34,718 bases of DNA, taken from Nitrospirota bacterium. GTDB taxonomy: Bacteria; Nitrospirota; Thermodesulfovibrionia; Thermodesulfovibrionales; Dissulfurispiraceae. The notes under the pieces were generated by a model. That model did no database searches. It was not told the DNA's origin and saw only the letters and a program-made list of their open reading frames with translations. The stretch's first letter is position 1. The number at the start of each line of letters is the position of its first letter. Position numbers and translations under genes: made by a program. Positions 1 to 8,931 of this stretch are shown here, one piece after another. The stretch lies in NCBI GenBank assembly GCA_040754455.1, contig JBFMCP010000034.1, positions 1 to 34,718 of the forward strand, given 5' to 3'.

Positions 1-126
1 CTAAGGATCATCCTTGGCGGAAGTTCAACATCAACCGCGACAAGCGAAAAGCCCCGCAGACGGCGGCGGCATAAACCGGACATTTCTATTTTGGTAAAAA
101 CAGGACATTTCTAAATTGGCTTGACA
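1..126 (+). mobile_element. Right end of an IS1202/ISNCY-like insertion sequence (transposase C-terminus plus right terminal repeat), truncated by the window edge
   Basis: The frame from position 3 reads KDHPWRKFNINRDKRKAPQTAAA* (stop 72-74); an HPWR tail is typical of IS1202-type DDE transposases. Two sub-terminal direct repeats GGACATTTCTA (78-88, 103-113) follow, and the element ends in ...TTGACA (TGTCAA on the other strand). Confidence 0.7.
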
Positions 127-142
127 ATGTGCAGGAGGCAGG

Positions 143-170
143 TTGACTTCGTGGTCTCATACGATAGAAT
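143..170 (+). promoter_or_regulatory. Candidate sigma70-type promoter of hsp20
   Basis: TTGACT (143-148), 16-nt spacer, TAGAAT (165-170), ~40 nt upstream of the start codon. Confidence 0.5.
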
Positions 171-211
171 TTAAGTATAAAGTATGCATTACTCTATCAA
201 GGAGGTGCACT

Positions 212-721
212 ATGGCTGAAAAAGAAAAGAAGGGCAAAAAAGAATCAAAGGAATTGATGAAGGTCGAACCAGCGCGGCTGCTTTCGCCGTTTGAGCAGAT
301 GGAACGGCAGTTCGAAGAGTTCTTCAGGAGGCCATTCTCCCTGCTTAGCCAGCCGACCTGGTGGCCGGCACGCAGGATATTCGGCGCAGAGGAGTTTGCC
401 CCTTCCGTCGATATCTACGAGGAGGACGGGGATGTGGTCGTGAAGGCAGAGCTGCCGGGCATGAAAAAAGAGGACATCTCCATTGACCTCACTGATCACA
501 CGATCACCATCTCCGGCGAGAAAAAGGAAGAGGAGAAGGTCGAGGAGAAGAATTTCTACAGACACGAGCGCTTCTACGGCTCTTTTGTCCGTTCCTTTGA
601 CATCCCGACCGATGTCAAAGCTGATGAGGCGAAAGCGAAATTCAAGGACGGTGTCCTCGAAGTACGTCTCCCAAAAACCGAAGAGGCGAAACAGAAGGTA
701 AAAAAAGTCGCGATCGAATAG
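212..721 (+). CDS. hsp20: Hsp20/alpha-crystallin small heat-shock protein
   Basis: PSVDIYE, AELPG, ERFYGSFVRSF and FKDGVLEVRLPK motifs. ATG at 212 follows SD AAGGAGGTG; the ORF-track start at 143 is the TTG of the -35 box. Confidence 0.95.
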   Translation: MAEKEKKGKKESKELMKVEPARLLSPFEQMERQFEEFFRRPFSLLSQPTWWPARRIFGAEEFAPSVDIYEEDGDVVVKAELPGMKKEDISIDLTDHTITISGEKKEEEKVEEKNFYRHERFYGSFVRSFDIPTDVKADEAKAKFKDGVLEVRLPKTEEAKQKVKKVAIE

Positions 722-742
722 TGCCGACCGACCGATTCAGAG

Positions 743-789
743 AGGCGATACCCCTCCTATTGGATATATTCCCCGGGTATCGCCTTTTT
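743..789 (+). terminator. Probable intrinsic terminator after hsp20
   Basis: 11-bp stem AGGCGATACCC/GGGTATCGCCT with a large loop, followed by a T-rich tract. Confidence 0.55.
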
Positions 790-828
790 ATATTTTCATT
801 CTGGCACCCTCAAAAGGATACATGCAAA

Positions 829-933
829 AGCAATCCAGAGCCGGTCGCCACCATCAGGCGCATACTCGGTGAGACCGGCCTGTCGCAGGACTGCCTGGAT
901 ATAGAGCTCACCAGAAGCATAGCGAGGGGCAAC
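829..933 (+). pseudogene. Short relic of an EAL (c-di-GMP phosphodiesterase) domain
   Basis: Translation VATIRRILGETGLSQDCLDIELTRSIA resembles the EAL segment V..I..IL.ETGL.P..LELEITES; flanking sequence is not EAL-like. Confidence 0.55.
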
Positions 934-1064
934 TCCCCTTCGGGCCTTTGTGCATATCATCCGCTCAGAGCACACCCTGCGCTGCACATTTGCTTTAATC
1001 CTTATGCATGTTTTAGAATTTTCGGCATAATAGTGCATTATGTTTTTACGAATGACCTTCTGTT

Positions 1065-1919
1065 ATGCCGAACACTAAAAGCTTCATCAAAAGCTGGCCG
1101 AAATATATTCTGTTTCCCCTTTCAGCGATGCTCCTGAGCATCGGCTATTATTTCTTTTTCCCGGATGTCGGGGCACTGAAAAAAACGAACATCAAAAAGA
1201 CCTCGTTTATGGAGTACCGGGAAGATGAATGGAGGCGCGATGACAAGAAAACAAAACTGCGCCAGATATGGGTACCGCTCTCACGGATTTCACCCTATCT
1301 GGTGAAGGCGGTGCTCATCGCCGAGGACGACAAGTTCTGGAAGCATGATGGCTTCGATTTCGAGGCGATACAGAAGGCGGTCGAGAAAGACATCAAGGAA
1401 AAGAAATTCAAGGTCGGCGCCAGCACGATCACCCAGCAGCTTGCGAAAAACCTCTTTCTGACGCCATCAAAAAATCCCATCAGGAAGATAAAAGAGGCGA
1501 TCCTTACCTGGAGAATCGAAAAGAAACTTTCGAAGAGAAGAATCCTCGAGATCTATCTGAATGTGGCGGAATGGGGGGAAGGCATCTTCGGCATTGAGGC
1601 TGCCGCACGCCATTATTATGGCAAGCCTGCATCGGCCCTCGGTCCTGAAGAAGCAGCACGACTGGCGTCGGTGCTCCCCAATCCGAGGAGGTTCAATCCC
1701 CTCGGCAACTCCCGCTATGTCGAGAACCGTTCGAGGATCATCTATAACATCATGGTACGGCGGGGCATTGTGATCCCGGCGTATGAGGAAGTGATGGAGC
1801 CCCCGAAGCAAGAGAGCACGGAGACGCCGCCTGCTGCCCTGCCCTCTGAAAGCGGACCAAGCGAGACTGCCTTTTCCGCTCCCGCTGCGCCGACCGCGTC
1901 ACCGCCTCCCAGCGATTAG
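1065..1919 (+). CDS. mtgA: Monofunctional biosynthetic peptidoglycan transglycosylase
   Basis: GT51 motifs AEDDKFWKHDGFD, GASTITQQLAKNLFL, RKIKEA, KRRILEIYLN; N-terminal TM; Pro/Ala-rich tail. Confidence 0.95.
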   Translation: MPNTKSFIKSWPKYILFPLSAMLLSIGYYFFFPDVGALKKTNIKKTSFMEYREDEWRRDDKKTKLRQIWVPLSRISPYLVKAVLIAEDDKFWKHDGFDFEAIQKAVEKDIKEKKFKVGASTITQQLAKNLFLTPSKNPIRKIKEAILTWRIEKKLSKRRILEIYLNVAEWGEGIFGIEAAARHYYGKPASALGPEEAARLASVLPNPRRFNPLGNSRYVENRSRIIYNIMVRRGIVIPAYEEVMEPPKQESTETPPAALPSESGPSETAFSAPAAPTASPPPSD

Positions 1920-1985
1920 CCTCTCTAGCATATTGTGCAATGGGCAGGAACTATTCGTGTGCCACGCTCCTGTGGTGCATTCTGC

Positions 1986-2240
1986 TTATTCATCATCTTC
2001 CAGCAGCTGCCACTCGGCATGTCCCTCTTTCCGGCTGGAGAGCCGTATACCGCTCAGATGCACCTTGTCGAGTGTGGGATGGGTCTTGATAGCGACATAC
2101 GCCCTGACGAGGTTCGCAATGGTGGCCTCTTGCAGGACGAGCTCCGTGCCGTCATTGAGCAGTATGGAGGTTCACAGATGCCGATGACCTTCGGGCACCT
2201 CCATGCGGACGCTTTTGATATCCTCATTTCGTATAATCAT
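1986..2240 (-). pseudogene. 84-codon hypothetical gene interrupted by an in-frame TGA at codon 23 (absent from the ORF track)
   Basis: SD AAGGAAGG then ATG at 2240, just after the dgkA stop. Reads MIIRNEDIKSVRMEVPEGHRHL*TSILLNDGTELVLQEATIANLVRAYVAIKTHPTLDKVHLSGIRLSSRKEGHAEWQLLEDDE. TGA at 2172-2174, TAA at 1986-1988. Confidence 0.75.
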
Positions 2241-2251
2241 GGCATCCTTCC

Positions 2252-2950
2252 TTACATAAAGATCAGGAACAGCAGAAAGGTGATGCCAGCACCGAGCACG
2301 GCGCCGACGACAACTTCGAGAGGGTGGTGCGCGCCTTCTGAAACCCTGCTCTGGGCGATGACCGCAGCGAGGAGGAACGAAAGCAGCGAGGCCATGAAAT
2401 TTTTGGTGCTGTACGTAACGGCAGCCCAGACCGCAAACGCCATGGCAGTATGACCGCTGGGCATCCCACCGCGGAGCGGGTGGCCCTTTCCGTAGTAGGC
2501 CTTCAGCACAATCACCAAAATCATGATGAGGATTACGGCAATGAGGGTAATCTCTTCTTTCGAATGTTTTGCAATCCTGACGCCGACATCAAACACCTCT
2601 TTAACATACGGAAAGAGAATGATGTATCCCAGGATCGCTGCACCAAAGGCGGTGATCAGCACCGCTCCTGCTCCCACGTCTTTGGCGATCCGCGCCTTCT
2701 CGCTGTACTCGGGCGAAACCATGTCCACGATATACTCGATTGCGGTATTGAGCATCTCGGCGAGGAGGACGAGGATCACTGCAACGGAGAGTACAAGAAA
2801 ATCGATCCGTGCCACACCGAGAATGTAACTGAGGAGCAGCACTGCAGAGGCGGTATAAAGGTGGTAGCGCACATGCCGCTGCGTGCGCGCGGCTTGCAGG
2901 ATACCCTCAATGGCGTTGTTTGCGCTCTTTATTAAGCGGCGGAACCCCAT
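2252..2950 (-). CDS. dgkA: Diacylglycerol/undecaprenol kinase fused to a PAP2-like phosphatase domain
   Basis: AEMLNTAIEYIVD and AKDVGAGAVL (DAGK); C-terminal GMPSGH and SRV..AH (PAP2); phoH-HD-ybeY-dgkA synteny. Confidence 0.92.
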   Translation of the reverse strand: MGFRRLIKSANNAIEGILQAARTQRHVRYHLYTASAVLLLSYILGVARIDFLVLSVAVILVLLAEMLNTAIEYIVDMVSPEYSEKARIAKDVGAGAVLITAFGAAILGYIILFPYVKEVFDVGVRIAKHSKEEITLIAVILIMILVIVLKAYYGKGHPLRGGMPSGHTAMAFAVWAAVTYSTKNFMASLLSFLLAAVIAQSRVSEGAHHPLEVVVGAVLGAGITFLLFLIFM

Positions 2951-3468
2951 AGATCCCTCAGCATCTCCGATTCCAGGGTTCTCATCTTTCGCGCCTGGTA
3001 AGCGTTCCTTTCATGATCATAGCCGGTAAGATGGAGGAGGCCGTGGACGAGGAGCCGCGCAAGCTCCTCATAGAGGGGCGCACCGTACGCTGCTGCCTGC
3101 CGCTGTGCCTGCGGCAGGCTGATGACGATATCACCGAGAGGGGTTGAGCGTTGCGCGTTCATGGCGTTATAGCGCCCTGCGCGTAACGCAGTACGGTCTT
3201 GCTGCGGAAAGGAGAGCACATCGGTGGTCCTGTCCTTGCCGCGATAGAGGCGGTTGAGTTCTCTCATGCGTTTGTCGTTGACGAAAAGCACACTCACCTC
3301 AACCGGCAGGAGGAAGTCTTTCTTTCCTTTGTCCGACCCGTCACGCATCACAGATAACGCGTTACGGTCTTTACGTGCCAGAAGGGTGAGGGCTTTCCTG
3401 AGGATTCTCTCGATCCGTTGGGGACTTATCCTTATCAGTCTTTGCGTGTTCTTTATGGTGATTTCCAT
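2932..3468 (-). CDS. ybeY: rRNA maturation endoribonuclease YbeY
   Basis: LNRLYRGKDRTTDVLSFP, LGDIVIS and HGLLHLTGYDH motifs; likely start MEITIKN at 3468. Confidence 0.95.
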   Translation of the reverse strand: MEITIKNTQRLIRISPQRIERILRKALTLLARKDRNALSVMRDGSDKGKKDFLLPVEVSVLFVNDKRMRELNRLYRGKDRTTDVLSFPQQDRTALRAGRYNAMNAQRSTPLGDIVISLPQAQRQAAAYGAPLYEELARLLVHGLLHLTGYDHERNAYQARKMRTLESEMLRDLWGSAA

Positions 3469-5032
3469 TGCCGTTGGGGAGTGTTCCTGAAAGTGCCCTG
3501 TCGGCAGCGCCTTTGGAGGCGACGGCCTCCGCTGCTTTCTCGGCCTTATGCGGAGCACTTTTGGTATCGAGATCGGGATAGGCGATCCTTCTGTGGAAGA
3601 TACTCGTCAGGACATAGGTAAAACGCCGTTTGATCTCGGAGATATCCTTCAGGGTAAGTTCGCACTCGTCGATCTGGCCGTCGAGGAAGATGTGATTGAT
3701 GATCTTCTCCACAAGGGCGGAGATCCGCGCAGGGGTCGGCTCGGTAAGCGTCCGCGACGCTGCCTCGACCGCGTCGGCCATCATAACGAGTGCGGCAACC
3801 CTGGTCTGCGGTTTCGGTCCGGGGTAGCGGTAATCCTCCTGCAGCGGCAGGCTGTCCTGGGCGAGCTCTATCGCCTTCTGATAAAAATAGACGATGAGGC
3901 TCGTCCCGTGGTGCTGCTGGATGATATCGGTAACAGTCTTCGGGAGCTTGTACTGCTTTGCGAGCTCGATGCCCTCTTTGACATGGGAAATGAGGATCAT
4001 GCTGCTCATGTGCGGGGTGAGCTTCTCATGCTTGTTGATGGTGCTCGTCTGGTTTTCAACGAAATACTCGGGCATTTTGATCTTGCCGATATCATGGTAA
4101 TACGCGCTCACCCGTGCGAGGAGCGGGTTGGCGCCGACCGCTTCCGCCGCGGATTCAGCGAGGTTACCCACGATAATGCTGTGGTGATAGGTGCCCGGCG
4201 CAGCGATCATGAGATTGCGCATGAGCGGCTGCTCGATGTCCAGCAGTTCGATGAGGCTGATATCGGTGGTAATACTGAAGGCGTATTCGAGACCGGGGAG
4301 GACAAAGGTCACAATCGCGGCAACCGTGATTCCCGACATTGCGGCAAAAATGAGAGAGGCAGGCGCTGCATGAGAAAAGAGATCGCCGTTATAGAGCAGA
4401 AAGATACTGGTGGTAATGATATTGACCGCACTCACATAGATACCCGCCTTTATCAGAGCGGAACGCTTTTTACAGCGGATGACGCTGAACGCGGCGATCA
4501 AACTGCCGATGAAGGCATACACCGTAAAGAAGGGATTGCCGAGCCATATTCCCGTGAGCAGGCTGATGATAAAGGAGAAGATCATGGCAGTATGGAAATC
4601 GAAGATGAGCGTCACCAGCATCGCTCCCATAGGGATGGGGAGCCCGAAGATAAAGGAATCACCGCCGGGGAGGCTCAGCCCCCGCTGAAGGCCCGAAAGC
4701 AGGTACTCGAAAACCCTTCCCGTGGTGAGTGTGCCCGCAACGAGGATCCCCAGGAGCACCAGCATTTTATAGTCATTGATATACGCAGGCTTGTAGCGTC
4801 GTATATCCCTGTAGAAGATATACAGGAGTACGACGGTGATCAGAAAGCTGCCGGAAAAGTGGTGGATATCGAATTGCCGGGGGATGGCGAGGGCAGCGAC
4901 CAGAGAGAGGGCCATGAGCACATACAGCTTTGACAGCTCGTCCCCGTGTTTCTGACGATACTCTTTGAGGCGCTCGGTAAAGGATTTCGGAGTTTTCGTC
5001 GTGCTACTTTTCGCCGGGTTGCCGTTTTTCAT
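3371..5032 (-). CDS. 7TM-HD (HDIG) membrane phosphohydrolase, PgpH-like cyclic-dinucleotide phosphodiesterase family
   Basis: Multiple TM helices, then APGTYHHS, YYHDIGK, QHHGT, YPGPKPQ, MADAVEAASR; likely start MKNGNP at 5032. Confidence 0.9.
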   Translation of the reverse strand: MKNGNPAKSSTTKTPKSFTERLKEYRQKHGDELSKLYVLMALSLVAALAIPRQFDIHHFSGSFLITVVLLYIFYRDIRRYKPAYINDYKMLVLLGILVAGTLTTGRVFEYLLSGLQRGLSLPGGDSFIFGLPIPMGAMLVTLIFDFHTAMIFSFIISLLTGIWLGNPFFTVYAFIGSLIAAFSVIRCKKRSALIKAGIYVSAVNIITTSIFLLYNGDLFSHAAPASLIFAAMSGITVAAIVTFVLPGLEYAFSITTDISLIELLDIEQPLMRNLMIAAPGTYHHSIIVGNLAESAAEAVGANPLLARVSAYYHDIGKIKMPEYFVENQTSTINKHEKLTPHMSSMILISHVKEGIELAKQYKLPKTVTDIIQQHHGTSLIVYFYQKAIELAQDSLPLQEDYRYPGPKPQTRVAALVMMADAVEAASRTLTEPTPARISALVEKIINHIFLDGQIDECELTLKDISEIKRRFTYVLTSIFHRRIAYPDLDTKSAPHKAEKAAEAVASKGAADRALSGTLPNGNGNHHKEHAKTDKDKSPTDRENPQESPHPSGT

Positions 5033-5972
5033 ATTTTTCGTACGCCCTGATGATCGCCTGGACCAGTCGGTGCCGCACCACATCCCGCTCGGAGAAGTGG
5101 ATGATCCTGATCTCCTCGACGTTCTTGAGGATCCGAATAGCTTCTACCAACCCCGACGTCTTGTCCACCGGGAGGTCGATCTGGGTAATGTCGCCGGTAA
5201 CGACGGTCTTGGATCCGAACCCGAGTCTCGTCAGGTACATCTTCATCTGTTCAGGGGTCGTATTCTGCGCCTCGTCAAGAATGACAAACGAGTCGTTCAG
5301 GGTTCTCCCCCGCATAAAGGCGAGGGGAGCGATCTCGATGATGCCCCGCTCGATAAGCTTTGTTGCCTTCTCGATTTCCATCATATCAAAAAGGGCGTCG
5401 TAGAGCGGCCTCAGATAAGGACTTACCTTCTCCGCAATGTCGCCGGGGAGGAACCCGAGCTTTTCGCCTGCCTCGACCGCAGGCCTGACGAGCACGATTC
5501 TCGACACCTGCTTGGTGAGGAACGCGCTGATCGCCATTGCCATCGCAAGATAGGTTTTGCCCGTGCCTGCAGGACCGATGCCAAAGACGATATCATAGGT
5601 GCGTATCGCATCGATGTACCGCCGCTGCATCTCGGTCTTGGGGATAATGAATCTTCTCTTGGATGAGACAGGAATATTATAGGAAAAGAGATCCTTTACC
5701 GAGAGCTCCTCGCCCTCTGATACCAACCTCACTGCATAACTGATATCCTCGGGTCTCAGGGCGTAGCCGCTCCGGTTCACCGCCCGGATCTCCTGGATCA
5801 GCTTCTCCGCCTTGTCGGTGAGCCCGTCATCCCCCTGGATCAGGAGCCGGTTGCCGCGTATGGTAATAGCGACCCCGAGCGACTCCTCGATCACCTTCAA
5901 TGTCTTATCAATGCCCCCGTGAAGAAAGGGATACTCTCTCTCCTCATCGAGTTCGAGTTCTATAGTCTTCGT
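5004..5972 (-). CDS. phoH: PhoH-like ATPase; probable ACG start at 5972 (ORF-track start is TTG at 5900)
   Basis: GPAGTGKT, RPAVEAGEKLGFLPG, MRGRTL, LDEAQN and GDITQIDLP motifs. The frame extends 24 codons upstream to an ACG preceded by GGAGG at 6-nt spacing. Confidence 0.93.
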   Translation of the reverse strand, partial: TKTIELELDEEREYPFLHGGIDKTLKVIEESLGVAITIRGNRLLIQGDDGLTDKAEKLIQEIRAVNRSGYALRPEDISYAVRLVSEGEELSVKDLFSYNIPVSSKRRFIIPKTEMQRRYIDAIRTYDIVFGIGPAGTGKTYLAMAMAISAFLTKQVSRIVLVRPAVEAGEKLGFLPGDIAEKVSPYLRPLYDALFDMMEIEKATKLIERGIIEIAPLAFMRGRTLNDSFVILDEAQNTTPEQMKMYLTRLGFGSKTVVTGDITQIDLPVDKTSGLVEAIRILKNVEEIRIIHFSERDVVRHRLVQAIIRAYEKYEKRQPGEK

Positions 5973-6012
5973 AGCGTTCCTCCGCGTCTATCGGTGCCGG
6001 GCGCAATTCCGT

Positions 6013-6816
6013 TTAGTCTACAGCAGTGACAAAGCTTTCGATGCCTGTCTTTTTATGAAGCGCTGCAGCGGCGCGCCCTGCCTCCTCTTTGCCGGCATAC
6101 TCCCCTACCCTCACTTTGAAATAGGTAGTGCCTTTACCGGCATCAACAATATAGGGTTTATATCCTTTTACTTTTAAGATCCTCCGCAGTTCCTCCGCTC
6201 CCTCCCTGCTGGGGAATGCCCCCAGTTGGATCGCATAGCGCTTCTGGGCACCACCGGCTTTTGAGGCCTTCTTTTTTGTGGTCCCTTTCACTGCCTTTGC
6301 CGTCTTGCGCTGGGCGCCTGCCTTTTTCACGCTCCGGGCCGCATCCTTGCCGTTCACCTTTTTCTGCACTTGTGAAGACTGGCGTTCCGGGCCTTTCCCC
6401 TCGCTCGATTTATCGAGCCCTTCCACCGCATTCTGTTGCTTTTGCGGCAGAGGAGATGCTGTTGCAACCGATTCCTTTGGCAAGTGAGATTTCGATGTAT
6501 CCTCTACGATGCCCGGCGAAGAACTCTCGGGCGCCCTTGCCGGAGCAGGGAAAGAAAGAACACGCTCCGGAGCAGAAGCAGCCGGCGGCTCCTTAACCGG
6601 CGGTGCCTCCAGCACCCTCTTTTCTCCGAACGGTACGGACTCGTTTCCCTTTTCATTCTCGACAGCCTGCTGTTCTGCTGCAGAGCCGTCGCCGCCTTTG
6701 TACCCGAAGAAGTAACCAAGACCAAAGCTTACAACAGTAATGGCGATGATACCGATCACGACGGTAGTGCGGCTGAGGAGAAGGATCGAGGAGCGTTCCG
6801 TTAGTCTGTCCCTCAT
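6013..6816 (-). CDS. SPOR-domain peptidoglycan-binding protein (FtsN/DedD-like architecture)
   Basis: N-terminal TM, low-complexity linker, C-terminal YAIQLGAF...YFKVRVGEY. Confidence 0.88.
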   Translation of the reverse strand: MRDRLTERSSILLLSRTTVVIGIIAITVVSFGLGYFFGYKGGDGSAAEQQAVENEKGNESVPFGEKRVLEAPPVKEPPAASAPERVLSFPAPARAPESSSPGIVEDTSKSHLPKESVATASPLPQKQQNAVEGLDKSSEGKGPERQSSQVQKKVNGKDAARSVKKAGAQRKTAKAVKGTTKKKASKAGGAQKRYAIQLGAFPSREGAEELRRILKVKGYKPYIVDAGKGTTYFKVRVGEYAGKEEAGRAAAALHKKTGIESFVTAVD

Positions 6817-7886
6817 AAAATTAGCATAGCATCCCCATAGGAGAAAAATCTATAACCCTTTGAGATTGCTTCTTCATAGGATTTTAATAGGTTTTTCAGG
6901 CCTGAAAACGCCGCCGCGAGCATCAGGGGGGTGGAACAGGGGAGGTGGAAATTGGTGATCAGGCCATCCACCGCCCTAAAGGTATACCCCGGATGGATGA
7001 AGATGTCGGTCGAGCCCCTTATGCATCCGTTTGCTGAGCTCAATCTCTTGAAGCGTTCTCCCATCACGCTCTCTATCGCTCTCGTCGCTGTAGTCCCCAC
7101 CGTGATAAGCCGGTTCCCTTTCTCTCTGACCTGACAGATTTCTTCAAGGAGGTGCGGCTTTACTTCGAAATCCTCGGCATCCATCGTATGTCCTGCCACG
7201 TGTTCAGCCTTGACCGGCTTGAACGTACCCGGTCCGACATGGAGAGTAATGGTCCTTACCAGAACTCCCCGGGCGGCAATGCTATCGAGAAGCTCTGGCG
7301 TGAAATGCAGGCCCGCCGTAGGAGCGGCAATCGAGCCCTGCTCTCGGGCGTAGACCGTCTGATACCGGGCTTTGTCCTCCTCTTCCGGCATTCTTCCGAT
7401 ATATGGCGGCAGGGGCATATACCCGTGCTGCCAGAGCATCTCTTTCAGCAGCTGCGGATCGATATCGAAAAACCTCAGAAATCTTTTCGGCAGTTGTTCC
7501 GATGCGCCGGTGTTCTGGGACCCTGCATCATTACACCTCTCGGTCCGCAGTTCAGCTCTGATCCCGTTGAGAACCGTAAGTGCGCCTTCGTACTTACCCT
7601 TGTAGAACACTTCCCATACGCCCTCATCCGCCCGTTCCCTGACAAGCAGGATATCGATACTCCCCCCGGAAGGTTTGGTGCCGATGATACGGGCAGGAAA
7701 GACCTTGGTATCGTTAAGCAGCAGCATGTCTCCTTTTCTCAGATATCCTGCAATATCAAAGAAGCGCCGGTGCTCGATAGCCCCGCTGCGGCGAAGAACG
7801 AGGAGGCGGGAGTGGTCCCTCTTTTCGGCGGGGTACAGTGCGATCAATTCTCTGGGAAGGACGAAATCGAAATCAGCGGTTTTCAT
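6813..7886 (-). CDS. queA: S-adenosylmethionine:tRNA ribosyltransferase-isomerase
   Basis: MPLPPYI, YQTVYA, GSIAAPTAGLHFT, TLHVGPGTF, TNFHLPCSTPLML, YRFFSYGDAM. Confidence 0.97.
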   Translation of the reverse strand: MKTADFDFVLPRELIALYPAEKRDHSRLLVLRRSGAIEHRRFFDIAGYLRKGDMLLLNDTKVFPARIIGTKPSGGSIDILLVRERADEGVWEVFYKGKYEGALTVLNGIRAELRTERCNDAGSQNTGASEQLPKRFLRFFDIDPQLLKEMLWQHGYMPLPPYIGRMPEEEDKARYQTVYAREQGSIAAPTAGLHFTPELLDSIAARGVLVRTITLHVGPGTFKPVKAEHVAGHTMDAEDFEVKPHLLEEICQVREKGNRLITVGTTATRAIESVMGERFKRLSSANGCIRGSTDIFIHPGYTFRAVDGLITNFHLPCSTPLMLAAAFSGLKNLLKSYEEAISKGYRFFSYGDAMLIL

Positions 7887-8931
7887 AAACGCTCAGGACA
7901 GCACCAGGGTAAAACGTCGCAAGGATTTCCTTGTACCCTTTCCCTGACTGGGCCATCTCGAGGGCAGTCCACTGGCACATGCCCACACCGTGGCCGTATC
8001 CCTTACCCTCGAAAATAACTATGTTCCCGTCCTTGATAAGGTTGGTGATCAGGGTGCTCGGAAGCTTGTCCCATCCCAGGCTCTTCCTGAAATCCTTACC
8101 GAGTAGTTTCTGCTCGCCGGCTTCGGTAATAATGCGTATATCCCTCACACGGTTCGACTCGGTGTAGGAATCGATGACAATGTCCTTGATGCCGCTCACA
8201 TTGATCGCCCGCTCGATCTCGGACAGGGGGATTCTCTTTTCCCACATATAGTAAGGAGAGAGCTCGCAGTTCGTCTCCACGGACTTCAGATAGGGATAGC
8301 TCTTGCCGAAGACTTCAATCGGATCTTCGGTCATGCCGCCACTCGTCGAGTGATAGAAAGCAACAATGGGTTTTCCCTCGTACATGAGCACCTCTCCCCG
8401 TGTAGCGTCCACTGCTTTCGCAACATTTTCGGGAATGGCGCTTCCTTTATAGACCTGATGCAGTACTGACGACGAGAGGTGATAGGGGACCGTGGAGGTG
8501 CCGTTGTTCAGTTTCTGATAGAGCGCATAGGTGCGCGCCACTACCGCCTGTGCCTTGAGCGCCTCCAGGTTCCAGTTGTTCCCCACCTCGGCGGCAACTA
8601 CGCCCTTGATATAATCCTCGAGGGGAAGGTCGTTGATAATATACATTCCCTTTTCACCTTTCCACACTTCGAGATTACCTGAATACTTCAATCCGTTTAC
8701 CGCTACTTCGCCCGTCGTATGACCGAGTTGTTCCACTTTTTCATCCTTCTGCGGCAGGACGGGATTTTTTGCATCGATGAGAAGCACCCGGATATTGGAA
8801 TCAGCAAAAACGGCAGGAGTCAGAACCCAGAATCCAGGAATCAGAAGACAACATAAAAAAGCAAATACAAGAAATATTTCACTCCTCTTTATATTCTGAC
8901 TTCTGACTCCTGACTTCCGGATTCTTTTCAT
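7873..8931 (-). CDS. SpoIID/LytB-domain peptidoglycan hydrolase
   Basis: LEDYIKGVVAAE, EALKAQAVVARTYA, FYHSTSGG, GYGHGVGMCQW; start uncertain. Confidence 0.92.
   Translation of the reverse strand: MKRIRKSGVRSQNIKRSEIFLVFAFLCCLLIPGFWVLTPAVFADSNIRVLLIDAKNPVLPQKDEKVEQLGHTTGEVAVNGLKYSGNLEVWKGEKGMYIINDLPLEDYIKGVVAAEVGNNWNLEALKAQAVVARTYALYQKLNNGTSTVPYHLSSSVLHQVYKGSAIPENVAKAVDATRGEVLMYEGKPIVAFYHSTSGGMTEDPIEVFGKSYPYLKSVETNCELSPYYMWEKRIPLSEIERAINVSGIKDIVIDSYTESNRVRDIRIITEAGEQKLLGKDFRKSLGWDKLPSTLITNLIKDGNIVIFEGKGYGHGVGMCQWTALEMAQSGKGYKEILATFYPGAVLSVYENR

Noticed and set aside
1020..1048. dif/Xer-like site GGCATAA-TAGTGCA-TTATGTT
   Set aside because: The spacer is 7 bp rather than 6, the outer XerD arm matches poorly, and it is ~900 bp from the IS end.
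1935..2453. 172-aa plus-strand ORF
   Set aside because: Shadow of dgkA and of the TGA-interrupted minus-strand gene, which has an SD and operon coupling.
3548..4933. 461-aa plus-strand ORF (likewise 4965-5666, 7152-8018, 17000-17941, 27387-28202, 31197-31877)
   Set aside because: Antisense shadows of well-supported minus-strand genes.
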